From positions 59,706,001 to 59,770,000 of the forward strand of contig NC_073383.1 in NCBI RefSeq assembly GCF_028641065.1: a stretch of 64,000 nucleotides of DNA, read 5' to 3'. Every line of letters begins with the position of its first letter. Position 1 is the stretch's first letter. Both the position numbers and the translations under genes were made by a program. The notes below the pieces were generated by a model. That model saw only the letters and a list, made by a program, of their open reading frames with translations, made no database searches and had not been told where the DNA came from. Shown piece after piece: positions 1 to 13,497 of this stretch. The stretch is from Leucoraja erinacea (taxonomy: Eukaryota).

Positions 1-799
1 AAAGGGGGTTCAGCTGAGGGAACATTTCAGTATTGAGGTCATTGGAAATACCTTTCGGGCTGAAGTAATAATTTGACAAATTACTTTAAAATCAGCTTTG
101 AGGTATAAAGTCAGGATAAGTTGATACATTACTTTGAGAGCCTGTACTGTGTAAAAGGTTGGGAAGGGGTTTCGAGCTGAAGCGCCGAGGTGGGAAGGGG
201 TGTCTGTGGTATTTCAGGACTGCAAAAAAGTTATGCTCTAAATTCTATTGTCAAAGTGTTTTATTGAATATTTTTGTTTAAGCTTGTATGATGTTGCTTT
301 AATAAAATTGAAGAAGTGGGGAGGATATCACATTTTTCTGAGAACAACATTCTTCTGCTGATAAGAATTCTGCTTGATCCAGTGCTTTCACAAAGCGGTA
401 CACTCAGATTCTTCAGATTTACTATTGAAATCAAATACTTTCTTCATTGTTAACTTTGTCGTTCTAAAATACTCTGAGTTTTTGTGGAGGGGTAATGTGG
501 AATTTATTTTGATGTGTAAATTTTTTGTTGTGAGAATCTAATTGTTCTGTGTGAATTTTTTGGCCAAAATGAATCACAAGGCATTGCTTGCTGAGATACT
601 TCACAAGATTGTGTGGCTTGTATTTCTCTCAGACAGGCTTTCTCTTGTGGAGCAGATAAGAGGGGCCCTGTTAGGGCAATTAGAACAAATAAGGGGACAG
701 AATGAATCAGTACAGCATAACAACATATTAGAACTTGGCTGATGCTTCTTAATGCCATTGGTATTCTGCATTGTTAATTTGAGTGGACCTACATTTTTA

Positions 800-1052
800 T
801 GGAAGTTGTGTCATATATGTGGGGAAAAAATAAACGCTGTTTCTCCATGGCTAGTTCTGACTGGTGACAGAAAGCATCTGTCCCAGACGACCTCAGAGGT
901 CTGGATGGTTCATCCTTTAGCAGAAGATCACAAATGTATTTTTGACCTAGTCCATTCAGTGCTTTATAAACCAATAGTGATATTTTGAAATCAATTATTT
1001 GACAGACTGAAAACCAGTGTAAAGAACTCAAAACTGAAGTGATGTGATCCAC
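800..1052 (-). mobile_element. L2 LINE ORF2 C-terminal fragment
   Basis: Peptide DHITSVLSSLHWFSVCQIIDFKISLLVYKALNGLGQKYICDLLLKDEPSRPLRSSG matches the L2 motif HITPVL..LHWLPV..RI.FK.LLL.YKAL.GL.P.Y..DLL..Y.P.R.LRS. Confidence 0.85.
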
Positions 1053-4000
1053 TTTCTTAGACTTAAAGAGGACTCGGTCAGCAGGTTGCGTGATCTAATG
1101 GTTGGCTTTGGTTTGATTGACTGGTTCCTTGTCAGTGTAACACCCATTCACCACTATCGGCTGGTCAGCGTTGTAGAAATGGATCAGCCTGGGAGAAGTC
1201 TGTGTGCTTCCCTTGTCCTTGATATCCTTGCCAGCCTCCCCTTTGTTCTTGCTGATAACCCCCCTCCCTTGTCTCTGCCATGGGCACTCCTTAGTCCAAT
1301 GGTCTTGCTGGATTCAATTAAAGTATCAATTAACTGCACAGGCCATTTGTCCAAATAATCCAGCGAGTGAGATAAATCCGATGTTTATGAGTATCTCTCT
1401 CGTGAAAGTAATCTTTGTAGGGTTTTCACAGGCGACACAAATGAACAAACACATACAAAACGGCAAGGAGCAGTAAGTACACAGTGGCAGCCATCGTTGG
1501 TGCCAGCAGCAGCAAGCACAGCAGCTACTGAATATTGAAGTGCAATTACAACTTTGAAATTTGAGCTCAATAGATTTACGTCAACAACAAGTGCAAGGAT
1601 CTGAGCCAAGGCAGGAGTTCATGGAAAGGATACTGACCAAGTATGATCTCAGTGAATGGACAGGCTAAAGAGGCTGCTTGCGTTTGTTCATGTCAGGCTT
1701 GGACAGGCAAATTGTGTGCCTGTTATTTATGAAATGGATATTGGGGTAGGTGCAGAAGAGTTCTTGGCAGATCAAACCAATGTTATCTGGCGTTCCTCTT
1801 GTGTGATAATTACCAGCTGCTTTTGAAAGTTCCATTTCAGTCTGCTTGACTGAATGTGAATTAATTGGACCATGGCATTGGAGGCTACATCTCTGCTTTG
1901 AGAGAATGGTTCATTTTGTCAATGTCACTAGTTATTAAAAAAAACTATTTATGAGTTGTTTCAATTTTTTTTTTAATGGAGTTTCATGCTCATAACATCC
2001 AGTCACTTAACTGCAAATCAACAAACTGGTCATTCAAAACAAAAAAAAATAGAGATAGGATGTTAATGGTCTATCAACTCAGCAAGGCAGGCACCACAGC
2101 TGAATTTAACTGGAATGTATTGAAATAAAATGAGTCCCTTGGTACAGAAACCACTCTATGTAAGAAAATAAGTTATTGGCTTTCTATTTATATTAATTTA
2201 CTGTTCATTGAATTTTTGAGTATCAGTGAGGGAACTCCAGTGCACAGTACTCCCAAATCCACATATTACCATGGCAAGACAAAATGATTGACACTTGATA
2301 AATGACAGTGTGAGAAGGAATTATAAAGTCAAAAAGGCACCGTCTCAGAAAAACGAGTTGATGCGCAGATTGTAATTACATTTTCTAATGTTTGCAAAAT
2401 TCTTAATATCCAATAATGGTTTTATAATGCATTTTTGGCCAAATACACATATCGTACAATTTTTCACCCATATATACTTAAACCTGCATCTGAACAACAA
2501 TATCACAAATTGGAGTGCATATATGTTAATAAAACCACCCCACAGCCAAGAGGGTACCCAGTTCAATTCCAAGCTATACTTAAGCTAGTTAAGTATGAAT
2601 ATCTCTAACACTGCAATTCAGAAACAACCCCTTGGGCTAAACCAATCTGTGTGGTTGTTTACCTTCCACATCAATATGTTGTTGTAATCACCTTTTCTAA
2701 CCCTGTTACCATGTCACTTCAACCTTCAACTCTATTGTTCAATGTTGAGTTTGGTTTCTTCCTTAGTGTTATGCCTGGAAATGATCTCTCACGTCTAACT
2801 GCGCAAAGAGCTACTGGCCTTCTATTCCAAATCTCGTACAATTAATCTTGTACGCTTCTTGGATTGACCTGGTTCTGTTCTTCTATAATGTGAAACACAT
2901 CTATCAGAATCACCTCTTACCGCCTTTATAAAAATAAATCCTATCTAAAAAGAACAATTGTATTTCATCATACAGGAAGCATCACGTTATGGTCTACTGA
3001 AGACTCAAATCTCTTTCTCGTTGCACTGATATTCAAATTCAGTTCTTGAAGATTTTGTGTTTACAAAGTCATTGTTACCTCCTTGTTTTACAATTTAAAA
3101 AAAAAATATATATTTTTGTCATTACAACAGCTGCCACACTTCAAAAGTACATTACATTGTGAAACATTTTTATTGAGTCGAGAGACTGTTAATTCTGTTT
3201 TTAAAATGCACGACTCCATGTCCGGGTACCATGGAAACACAGTCAAGGCAAGGACATTCTCAAGGTGCTGCAACTCTCAAGGTCAACATAACAAAACGTA
3301 AAATACAGCAGCTACTCTGGGTCAAATTAGTTAACTGGGCACCTTGCAATGACTGTTGTTGCAAGAAACCAATATTCACACCTTTGCATTAAGGTTATCT
3401 TGTCAAACTGTGGGTCAGTTCAAGAATAGTTTTAACTGAATGGATTTATAAATGGCTAAGCAGAGGACAATTGCTTTTCCATTGATATAAATATTAGGTC
3501 AAGGGCCAATTCTGAGTCTATAGCCACGCAGTCATTCACTCACTATGAAGTTTGATGACAGGTACTTTGTAAAGCTCAAGGAATACATCTCATGGTCGAG
3601 CCAATCAATTGCAATTTTCATGTTTGTCACTAACTGCTTTAAGAAGGTGACCTACAACTGAGAAACTTTACTGAAAGTGTTTCAAAGTTTAATGTGATTC
3701 CTGCGTGATTTATTCATTTGACCTATGTGTGAATTTTGGCATGTGAACTTCAAGTTATATCGTTCCATCACTTCTCTCATGAAGGATGGAGGTTAGCCAT
3801 GGTTTATTTGAAGGATAATTACAATGGACTGGGTGGAACAAGTTTCTAAATCCATATGATTCAACATTTAACATTCAGTACAATTATGAAGTGGGAACGG
3901 AACAGCCATATGAAGATAGCAAAGTAAGAGAAAGGGGAATTACATTTATGATAGTTTTCCTCTGATAAAAGATTGCAGACTTTTCCATTTTAAAATATCA

Positions 4001-4077
4001 CTTCCTCTTCAGTCATCAAATTAAATATTTCCAATAAATATAAAAAATAATAGCTGTAACATTCCTTTTGGGTCTTT

Positions 4078-4935
4078 TAAAAGGTTCAAAGGTTCAAAAG
4101 TTCTTTATTAGTCACACACCAGTTGGTGTAGTGAAATGTGTATTGCCATTGCAGCACATAGAAAAGAAAACAACATAACAATAATAAAGAAATTTAACTT
4201 AAAAAACATCCCCCCACAATGGTTCCCATAATGAGGGAAGGCACAAAGTCCAGTCCCCTTCCCCATGTCCACCCATAGTCGGGCCTATTGAGGCCTCCGC
4301 AGTCACCTTTATGGAGGCTCGATGTTCCAGGTCATTCTCGCCGGGTGATGGTGCTCCGGTGTCAGGAGAATCCTCACAGCGGCAAGGGAAACCTGGAACG
4401 GCCGATTCCTTACCAGAGACCGTGGCTTCCGAAGCCAACAGGCCGTGCTGGATGGAGCTCCACCACTGCCGATCTCGGCGAGAGATCCCAGGCTCCTGAT
4501 GTTAAAGATCAGCGCCGCCTCCCACAGCTGGCCGCTCCACAGACCGCATCTCCGCGATGTTCACCTGCGGTCTTCAACTCACCAAAGTTCCAGCGCGGCG
4601 ACCCGGGCAAGGCATCGCCCGCTCCGTGGTAGCGCTCCAGCGCTGCGCCGCTGCCGAAGCCGAGGTTCTGGCCGATCCCCTCAGGAAACGCCGCTTCAGG
4701 CCCGCTGGTAGGCCACGAGGATGGGTCGAAGGTGCTGCCCAGAGAAATCCACCTCTCCGACCAGGTAGGGACCCTGAAAAGCAGTTTACCTCCCCCCCCC
4801 CCCACCCCCACCCCACATAAAAAAGACTAGAACTCCAAAAAACAAAAACTCAGCTAACTACAAATAAAAAAAGAGATGATAAAAAAACGGACAGCTGCAG
4901 GCTGGGCAGCCATACCCACACTGGACGGCGCTCCA
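4078..4935 (-). mobile_element. GC-rich non-autonomous retroelement with Rex1/Babar-type 3' end (copy A)
   Basis: On the minus strand: 5' GGAGCGCCG..ATGGCTGCC, T-rich tract, G-run, CpG-rich body, ATTTCACTACACC-AACT-GGTGTGTGACTAATAAA, then a (TTGAACCT)n-like tail. Closely similar to 14295-15186. Confidence 0.7.
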
Positions 4936-6111
4936 AAAAAAAATTGGTCCATTCATAAAATTACTCTCAAATAAGCAGGTTAAAATATATTGATTATTGT
5001 AGAGATCATGGTTGAGGATATGCAATATTCAAGGAAAAGATCTAGATGCTCAAAAGAAAGAAACAACAGGGAAAGCAGAGGCTCTCTAGTTATTATTGGT
5101 AAGTTGTGATAAGTTCCAGCTGAAGAACCAATGTGTTGTTGGGATGAATGCCATTACATTGAATAGATTCATTAAATATCTGGATTTTACATAGAGATAG
5201 AAAAAGTATAGGAACAGCCCCTTTTGTCTACAGTATTTGTACTGACCACAATGCCTATTTGAGATTTGGGTTATTAGAACAATATCATATGCTCTACAAA
5301 TTATGAAATTGCCAATTCAACTATATGGCATTAGTTTAAAAATCAATGTAATCCACATTCATGCCCAATCAGCACTGCTAATCTTCAAGATCACATGGGA
5401 GCACAACAATGTAATTTCAGAATAGATTTTATGACGTCATTAAATTCTTTGACTATTTGTGTATCAAATTTTAATTGTCTCCCCACATCTCTGATCCCCT
5501 CAAAGTCTTCCCCTTGTATAGATGTATGATTATCAAGTCTAGAGAAAGTCGTGTATTTTATTCTCACATGTACCGAAAATGAACAAACAAATTCTTCCTT
5601 GCAGCAAAACACCAGGTTTGTAAATTGGGTTCATATAACCTAGTTGTTCTAACAGAAACTTGGATTATGAGAGAAATTTCCAAATTGCTATTGCTAACGT
5701 TTATCCTGTAAGAACTTAGCATATGCCCATCTCCTTGTCTTGCAAGCAGTTGCATCTTCAAAGCATTTTGGTGAGAGGTGTATAATTCATCACACCAACT
5801 GGGAGAGCTGGGGATTCTGTTTCTTTCACTTTTACAAGTTGACAGCTTATTCTTTTCAGTTCAATGCAATGGCATGACCAGCATAAAGTGGCAGAGGGAG
5901 TATGCGAGGGATGGCGGGAGGAGAATTGGGTTATTATACTGCTCGGACAATATTATTGCTAATTTTTATTCATTGTCAAATCTAATCAATAACCAATTCT
6001 TCTTCTATTGAATACAAAAGGGAATTTGAAATATACTGTACTAATAAAATAGTACAACTTTTATTTTCATGAGCAGGCAAATATCGATTATGCTATATCC
6101 AACTATTATCA

Positions 6112-6943
6112 GCAAAAGAGACAAGAGACATTTATTTGTCACATGTACCAATTGGTACAGTGAAATGTGTGGTCGCCATACGAATAAAAAGAGCACAGAA
6201 CACGATAGTCTTTAACACGATAGACACCCCCAGACAGCGGAATCAAAGTTTCCCATTGTGAGGGAAGGCACCAATGTTCAGTCATCCTCCTCTATTGTTC
6301 AACCGTGGTCGGGGGGCTCCCAAACCCCTCGCTGTCGCTGCTACAGGCGGCCCGATGTTCAGGCCCTCTCGCCGGGATGATGGAACTCCGACGTCGGAAC
6401 GGGGGAACAACCTCAGTGGCTTGGACATCCGAATCCGCCACTTTCAACCGGAGTCTGCAGTTCCCGATGTCTACAGGCCGCGCTGGGCGGAGATTCACGC
6501 TGGCGGCCCTCAGCAAAAGGCCCCACGACTTTGCAATGTTGAAGTCTGAGCCACCCGCGCTGGAAGCTCTACAATCCACAGCTGTTGAAGCAGCAGGCCC
6601 AACACTTCGGAGCTTCAAACGGCGATCCAGGTAAGGCATCGCCCACTCCGCGGTGAATCCAGTGCTGCGCCGCCGCTGAAGCTTTGGCCGGTCCCCGGCA
6701 GGAAAGGCTGCGCCAATCCAGTTGGTAGGCCGCGAGGAGGGGGGGGCGATGATGCAACTCGGAGAATAGTCGCATCCTCGCCAGGAAGTGACTGGGAAAT
6801 GGTTTCCCCCATACCCTACCGCACATAGAAAAACTAAAGAAACCTCCAAAACACATTTTTAAAACAGACTAAAAATTAAAAAAAGATAGAAAAACAGACA
6901 GATTATATGCAGAGGCTGCCATCAATGCGGCACCCCAAGTGGT
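6112..6943 (-). mobile_element. GC-rich non-autonomous retroelement with Rex1-type 3' end (copy B)
   Basis: Same architecture as copy A. The 3' palindrome TGTACCAATTGGTACA lies between ATTTCAC and GTGACAAATAAA, followed by a short TCTCTTG-type tail. Confidence 0.7.
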
Positions 6944-6974
6944 ATCCCCTAGTCCAGCCCCCACCATTATTTCC

Positions 6975-7125
6975 AAGCCTTCCTACAACTCCAATCAGAT
7001 CGAAGAAAGGTCCCAATCCAAAACATCATGTGTCTGTTCCCACCCCAGATGCTGCCTGATCTGCTGAATTCCTCCCGAACTCTGTGTTTTGCTCAAGATT
7101 CCAGCATCAGCAATTTTTATGTCTC
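6975..7125 (+). mobile_element. Degenerate Penelope-derived terminal fragment
   Basis: gatgctgcctgatctgctgaattcctcc...ccagcatc motif is shared with the fold-back elements elsewhere in the window. Confidence 0.55.
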
Positions 7126-7600
7126 CATTTTTCTCATTTTCTGTTCTCCAATGTGTGAAATATTGACCCAGTCTTCATCTTTCCAGATGTGTGCATTCAG
7201 AGCTTCCATAAGTCCATAAGTTTCCAATCCAGACTTATGCACAGTTTAATCTTTCTGTGTCTTTGGTCTCTCAGATGTTATTGTGACAACTCCCAAAGTC
7301 TTTAGGTTATGTTGGTCAAAAGCAATGAATATAAAGTAGCACGATGCACAATTGGCTGTTTGTTGTTCATCAGGAATCAGGATCTTACTATTTGTAGATC
7401 TTTTCAAATGGGCTGAGACAGAGTTGATTATTCAGGTTTAGTATTACAGCCTGCTCTGTGATGTATGATCTCCTGTTATTTGGGTAAAATATTAACCATA
7501 AACAACATTTAAAAAAATTAGGTCTTTGGCTCCCTTCATAAGTGTGATGAGACTTAAATTGGAAGTGTTTAGAAATGGTACCCAATGATTCTATGAGTAA

Positions 7601-8012
7601 AGGGCCTGTCCCACGAGCATGCGACTCCATGCGGCAAGCGCAACATAAAGGTCCTGTCCCACGAGCATGCGACTGCATGCGGCAAGCGCAACCAAACCAG
7701 AAGCGGGGACCGCGCAGAGGTCGAGTGAGTGACATGAAGTTCGAGCGAAGTCCGCGGGAAGTTCGCGCGTGACGTATGGCGTCGAGGCGGTGCGTACGGC
7801 GTTGAGGCGACTGCGGGCCGGCAGGCCGTTGCCACGCGGAATTTTTGAATGGTCAGTTTTTCGGAGCCCCGTGCGATGTCGGGACCAGCTCCGCACAACT
7901 CCATATGGCTCCGGCGATCGAAGTGGGACCGGCCCCACAAGGCCGTACGGCTCAAGCAACCACGTTAGGTCGCGCTTGCCGCATGGAGTCGCATGCTCGT
8001 GGGACAGGCCCA
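7601..8012. mobile_element. PIF/Harbinger-type MITE
   Basis: About 40-bp TIRs GGGCCTGTCCCACGAGCATGCGACTCCATGCGGCAAGCG and its reverse complement, flanked by TAA at 7598-7600 and 8013-8015. Confidence 0.85.
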
Positions 8013-8959
8013 TAATATTAAATTCTGACAATGCATAAGTTCATCATGTGTCCTCGCCCACTAAATGATGCATTTTTAATCTTACCACGCACAAAATGTA
8101 TGTTTGGTGTGGTGTCACTCGAAGATTCCTTTGGTATTTTAAACATAGAAACAATCTGTGTACTGTTAAAGATTCCTTTAAAAATTGTGAAATTGACATT
8201 CTGTCTTGGAAATGGTCACATTTAACAAAGGCAGAATATGACAGTTCTGGCCAAGCAGCTGATCCTGATATTATATTGAATGGACCTTACAAAAGATAAT
8301 TTAATTGATTTATTTTTGCTTTATTATGGAAATACTAATTACGATTAGTATTACTAATTAATATGGTATTATGATTGTTTTTCCCCCGATGAAAACTCAA
8401 AAAGTATATAAATCAGATCACAAATTATATAATCAAAAAAATTCTGTCAAATTATATTACTCTTCTTTTTCAGAAATTGCAGCCATTACATCAACAATTA
8501 TTACTTTGTAATTAGTTACACAGTTGAAATACCAATCCTAATTAAAATGGATCAGTCAAATTAGGAGAGAGTTTGGTTAAGGTGGATAATATTTCCCATA
8601 TGTTAGGTAGTGCAGGTTTGTCAGCTTATCACTGGTTTAACTTTCCTGGACAGATAAGTCTCCTGGTAATTTAGGATGGGCTGACAGTTAATATAAAAAT
8701 GAAGCAGCTTTAAAAATGGATTTGGTTCCATTTTAGTGGAATCTCCTGATTATGCCAACATGAAAATAAATAAGGTGTTGCAATGCAGGTTGTTATTTTT
8801 TTCTGTAATGGCGGATGTCTCATTTCAATTATTCAGAACTGCACAAAAGAAACTGATGTGCCCAGATTGTTTGTGTTGTTCATCATTCATGTACTCTTCT
8901 TGTTTATCTTTCTCTTTTTAAATTGCCCCTTGGGTTCAAAAATGCCTTGTACTTCGGGT

Positions 8960-9620
8960 TTGAGGTTTCAAAGTTGACTGATGATGCTCCACCATAGATG
9001 AGGCAGGGGCATCTCACGGGCTGTGCAGATCGTTTGTGACATTGTGTGCCCTTTACGCAGGCCTTCCGTCTGCTCCTGATTCGTGGTCTTAAGGTTCTCA
9101 ATATCATTCTGAATGTCCTTCTCCACTTTGTGATTCTTGGCGAGAGTTTTCAAACTGTCAGAAATGATTATGCATTTCTTTAAGAAGGTATTTGAACACA
9201 TCCTTGAATACTTTCACTGTCTACCTGGCAATTTTTCCTATGAGAGAGCTCGGGACAGAGGGATTGTTTTGCAAGTCCAACACCATCCATGCAAATAATG
9301 TTCTAATGAACCTAAATGACTGTAATTAGAGCCTCAATGCATGGGATATTGGCCAGGGAGAGGATGCTGACTTTGGTTCCTTTATCCTTCAAGTGAATTT
9401 ACAAAGATATCATTGACGGCATCTTTCCAGTGAATTCCAGTGCTTACTGTTGGTATTCTCAGTCTCAGACATATGTACTGTAGGTTGGCAGCAATGACTG
9501 CTAATTGGTAAACCATGAGTTTCATGTTACTGTGCATAACATATTGTGCATAACATATTGTCATATCCAGTCACAAAATATTTTTTTCTAGACCGTTGCA
9601 TGATACTAGGTCATGGAGCT
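8960..9620 (-). mobile_element. Degraded RTE-clade LINE 3' region
   Basis: Remnants of the RTE C-terminal motifs (P.Q.LY.EL..GKR..G....FKD..K..LKKC.I...W.TLA), with stops and frameshifts. Confidence 0.6.
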
Positions 9621-9689
9621 TCCTTCAACGTGCATGACAAATCTTAAAGCTCCAAACTCACTCCGTAAAAATCCCACCCACATAGCTTT

Positions 9690-10030
9690 CAGAGGCACTG
9701 ATCCTTTTCAAATTCTTGGTTCACTCTTTTCATCTACACAATCCTCTTTTTACGTTTCATGCAGTGGCAGGAGATACAAAACCTCTTTCCTTCGCTCACC
9801 TCTTCCTGGCCCACCCACCCAGGGAACCAGAGCCCTTCTCCGTGAATCACTGATTTACTTGCACTTCTTCTCATTTATGGTTGAGGACAGTGCTTAGAAT
9901 GTGTTGTCTTTTATTCTAAAGAGATCAAATGCAGATTGGTTAATTGTTTTGCAGAACACCCAAATTCAGTTTGCAGGGGTCATCTTGAAGTTTACTTCTC
10001 TGCTAATTTAAAACTTCAATTTACTCCCAT
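9690..10030 (+). mobile_element. Old Penelope-like element fragment (GIY-YIG region)
   Basis: tttacttgcacttcttctcattta (FTCTSS.L) and gagatcaaatgcagattgg..tgttttgcagaacac (E.K.RL...FAEH), parallel to 34207-34716. Confidence 0.6.
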
Positions 10031-10039
10031 TCTAGTCTA

Positions 10040-10600
10040 AGAAAGACACAACAAGCTGGAGTAACTCAGCGGGACAGGCAGCATCTCGGGAGATTAGAAA
10101 TGGGTGACGTTTTGGGACGAGAACCTTCTTCAGACTAGTTAGGGAAAAGTGAAATGAGAGATATAGATGAATATTTAGACAGATAAAGATCAATGAATGA
10201 AAGATATGCAAAAAAGTAACGATGATAAATGAAACAGGCCATTGTTCGCTGTTTGTTGGATGGAAATGAGAAGCTGGTGCGACTTTGGTGGGGGAGGGAT
10301 AGAGAGAGAGGGAATGCCAGGGTTACTTGAAGTTAGAGAAATCAATATTCATACCACTGGGCTGCAAGCTGCCCAAACGAAATATGAGATGCTGTTCCTC
10401 CAATTTGTGTTTAGCCTCACTCTGACAATGGAGGAGACCTGGGACAGAAAGATCAGTTTGGGAATGAAAAAGAGAATTAAGTGCTTAGCAGGAGATCCGG
10501 AGAACCGGCTATATCTTCAGAGATGCTGCTTGTCCCACTGAGTTACTCCAGCTTTTTATGTCTATCTTCGGTTTAAACCAGCATCTGCAGTTCCTTCCTC
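10040..10600. mobile_element. Penelope-derived element with inverted termini
   Basis: Inverted arms agacac..gctggagtaactcag..gacaggcagcatctc / gagatgctgcttgtcccactgagttactccagc. Flanked by cccattcta(g/a)tcta at 10026-10039 and 10601-10614. Confidence 0.75.
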
Positions 10601-10829
10601 CCCATTCTAATCTATTTGTCTGTGGCCTTTTGCTCTGATACAACAAATCCTATACTACTGATCAGGAGAAATGTCAAAGTTGCACTTAGAGATTTGAATA
10701 CTGGAGGGCTCATCGATTGAGGCAATATAGTTGGAGCTAAGAAAATAAGAAAGGTATGAACATGATGGTGGAGGTATGCTGTAAACATCCCACTAACCAG
10801 CAGAAGGCCGAGGAACAGATGTATGGGCA

Positions 10830-11200
10830 GATGAAGGAAAGATGGCGTTTTGGTGGAGGAGTATTATTCTGACTGGTCCATGACCAGTCATGTTCCATAG
10901 TGATCAGTACTGGGACCTCTTTTTTTTGGGATATAAATGATTTGGATAAAGTGAAGTTGGACTGGTTATTAAATTTGCAGATGATACAAAAATTAACTGC
11001 AATTAGTTAAGAAGATTGCCAATGGATACAGCAGGATGCAGAACATTTGGAAATATGGGTGGAGAAACAAGGTATTGAGCTTAATCCGGACTAAGGAGTG
11101 TTACTGCATCTTGGCAGGTCTAATATAAGAGAAAGGTATACAGTAAATGATGGGACCAGCATGAGTATTCAAGCATGGGTGGATCTTGGGGTGCAAGTCC
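10830..11200 (+). mobile_element. Old CR1 RT fragment
   Basis: Degraded VPQGSVLGP, INDLD and KFADDTK motifs (aaatttgcagatgatacaaaa). Confidence 0.7.
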
Positions 11201-11394
11201 TTTGGCGAGTAGGACTAAACAGAATCTCAAGGCATTTTAAACATACAATTAGAATAAAAGGATAGGTTAGGCTAGGGTAGGATGACTCAAGGATAAAAGA
11301 GGGAATTTAGGCTTGTGGTCAGAGGATGTATGCAAGATAGTAAATGAGCACTTTGTATGGGTATTCACAAAAGAAAAGAACATGGAGGATAGTG

Positions 11395-11705
11395 AAGGTA
11401 GACAAAAATGCTGGAGAAACTCAACGGGTGAGGCAGCATCTATGGAGCGAAATAAATAGGCGACATTTCATGTCGTCTTGGGTTTCGGGTTACTTGAAGT
11501 TAGAGAAATCAATATTCACACAACTGAGTGAAAAGCTGCCCATGCAAAATATAAGGTGCTGTTCCTTTCAATTTGTGTTTGGCCACACTGACAATGGAGG
11601 ACAAAGTGGGAGATCGTGGAGGCCAAGGCAGACTCAGCAAAGTTCAGCAAAACGATCACCCAGCCTGTGCTTGAACCCTCAACAGTCCTTTCAGGTGAGG
11701 TAGAC
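11395..11705 (-). mobile_element. Penelope-like 3' fragment
   Basis: gtagacaaaaatgctggagaaactca..ggcagcatct start and gttacttgaagttagagaaatcaatattc, both shared with 10040-10600 and 53715-55013. Confidence 0.7.
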
Positions 11706-12134
11706 CCCCAAACTATTGAAATAATTCTATTTAAAGAATTATTTCTAAAGAAATAATTCTATTTAAAGAATTATTTCTGATTTCTATTTCTATTTACCAT
11801 GCAATATTCTAGTAAACCTGTGTTATGCAATCTATTTTACCTACAGTGTAGTCTACGGGCCTGTAGTTGTAATAGTATTTTAATTAGAATCACTATTATC
11901 TCATAGCTTATTAACTCAATAACCTTTGGCACAAATTCCAGTTTTTAATTATTTTTGTGGTTGAATGCCATGAACATCATATTAATTGTACTTTCTAAAT
12001 TACTAAAAGTCAGTATGGATTTCTAAAAGGAAGATCATACATGACAATCCAAATAAACTTATTTGTGGATATTAGATATCTGGTGCATGGAAACAGAAAT
12101 GCATGTGTGGGATACGGTCACAGAATCCCTCACA

Positions 12135-12315
12135 CATAGAAACATAGAAACATAGAAAATAGGTGCAGGAGTAGGCCAGTCAGCCCTTTGAGCCAGCATC
12201 GCCATTCAATATGATCATGGCTGATCATCCAAACTCAGTACCCTGTTCCTGCTTTCTCCCCATATCCCATGAATCTGTTAGCCCTAAGAGCTATATCTAA
12301 CTCTCTCTTGAATAC
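12135..12315 (-). mobile_element. CR1 3' end with (TTCTATGT)n tail
   Basis: acatagaaacatagaaacatagaaaataggtgcaggagtaggcc...gatcatggctgatc. Confidence 0.8.
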
Positions 12316-13497
12316 ACCAGACAAACATTGCAGATTCAGTCACAAAATGGCTCGTGCACTATTTAATGCTTAACTGTTTCCTTTAAAGCCATTCCTTTCA
12401 GTTCAACTAAATTGAGTTGCTGATTTTGTGCCTGGACTGTTACGATAATTTCTTGCAATTGTGAATTCCCAGCATGGTATATACTACATCTGCATATGCA
12501 TATTATATTCATTATGCTGCACTTGAATATAACGTTGCTGTGCTACATGGATTTTCTATCTAGGATGCATTGCTCCAAGGTAGCATCAAACAGCAAAAAA
12601 AAAAACATTTACAGCCCAAAATTTTATTTAAAGAGTATTTCAAATAAGGTTAAATGCTTTTGTTTCAAACAGAACTTTTCCATTCAATACAACTTAACAT
12701 TGCTCTTAAATTTAAGCACAGAAAAGATGGCATTACTTTCTATCATCCCAGTATAATACCCCTGCCATTGCAATTAGCATTCAGATTTTGACTGTGATGG
12801 CAACTATTTCAAAAGAGACAAAACCAACTTCCTTCACCACTTTGAATGGATCTATTTTTTTTCATTATATGAAAATAACAGGTCAGCTACGGAAATACCA
12901 CACTCAGACTAACGTTTAGTTCATTACTTGGATATGTGGAAACAAAATAAAACTCCACGTCTGATTTCCACAATTTAATGTGCGTATGTAATGAGATACG
13001 CATTGAGATTTAAAGTTAGTAATTGTTCACTGGTAATGCTTTGTATAGAAAGCCACTAATACCTGGTTGGGAGTTCTATACAAAGTGACTACCATCTGAA
13101 ACTGTTGCTTTTGAAAATTATTGCTCTCTGATGAGTCACATTCAATTACACTTCACACTCTGAAATCGTAAGGTCAATTAATTTTAGTTGGACAACTTCA
13201 TGCAGATGTATTATTTAAGTTAACATCTGCTGCTTTAAACTTTCATTTCCTCCAATAACTTCTCATCACTATCCCTGCAAGCACTGGAATTCTCCCTGAA
13301 ACATTTGTTAACAGAGTTTAATTTATATCCAGAACTAATTAATTTTCAAATAAATTACTTTGAATCTTCTTCTTTCTTTGTTTTGCATTTCCATTCTGAT
13401 GAACTTCTTGTCATCAATTTGGCCAACTCAATCCACAACAGTTCAATATTGGTGAACTTTCTGCTTGAAAGCCAAGACCTGATTCTAATTCCAACAT

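Noticed and set aside
3545-3630. Minus-strand peptide MKIAIDWLDHEMY resembling the next LRP1B exon (MAIDWLT...Y)
   Set aside because: There is no AG acceptor at the expected position, similarity stops after the Tyr, and a stop codon follows soon. Treated as chance.
4199-4820. Overlapping ORFs in the GC-rich elements (also 6274-6856, 14418-15042, 28123-28852, 57979-58716)
   Set aside because: Stop codons are scarce in GC-rich DNA. No frame is conserved between copies and no domain is recognisable.
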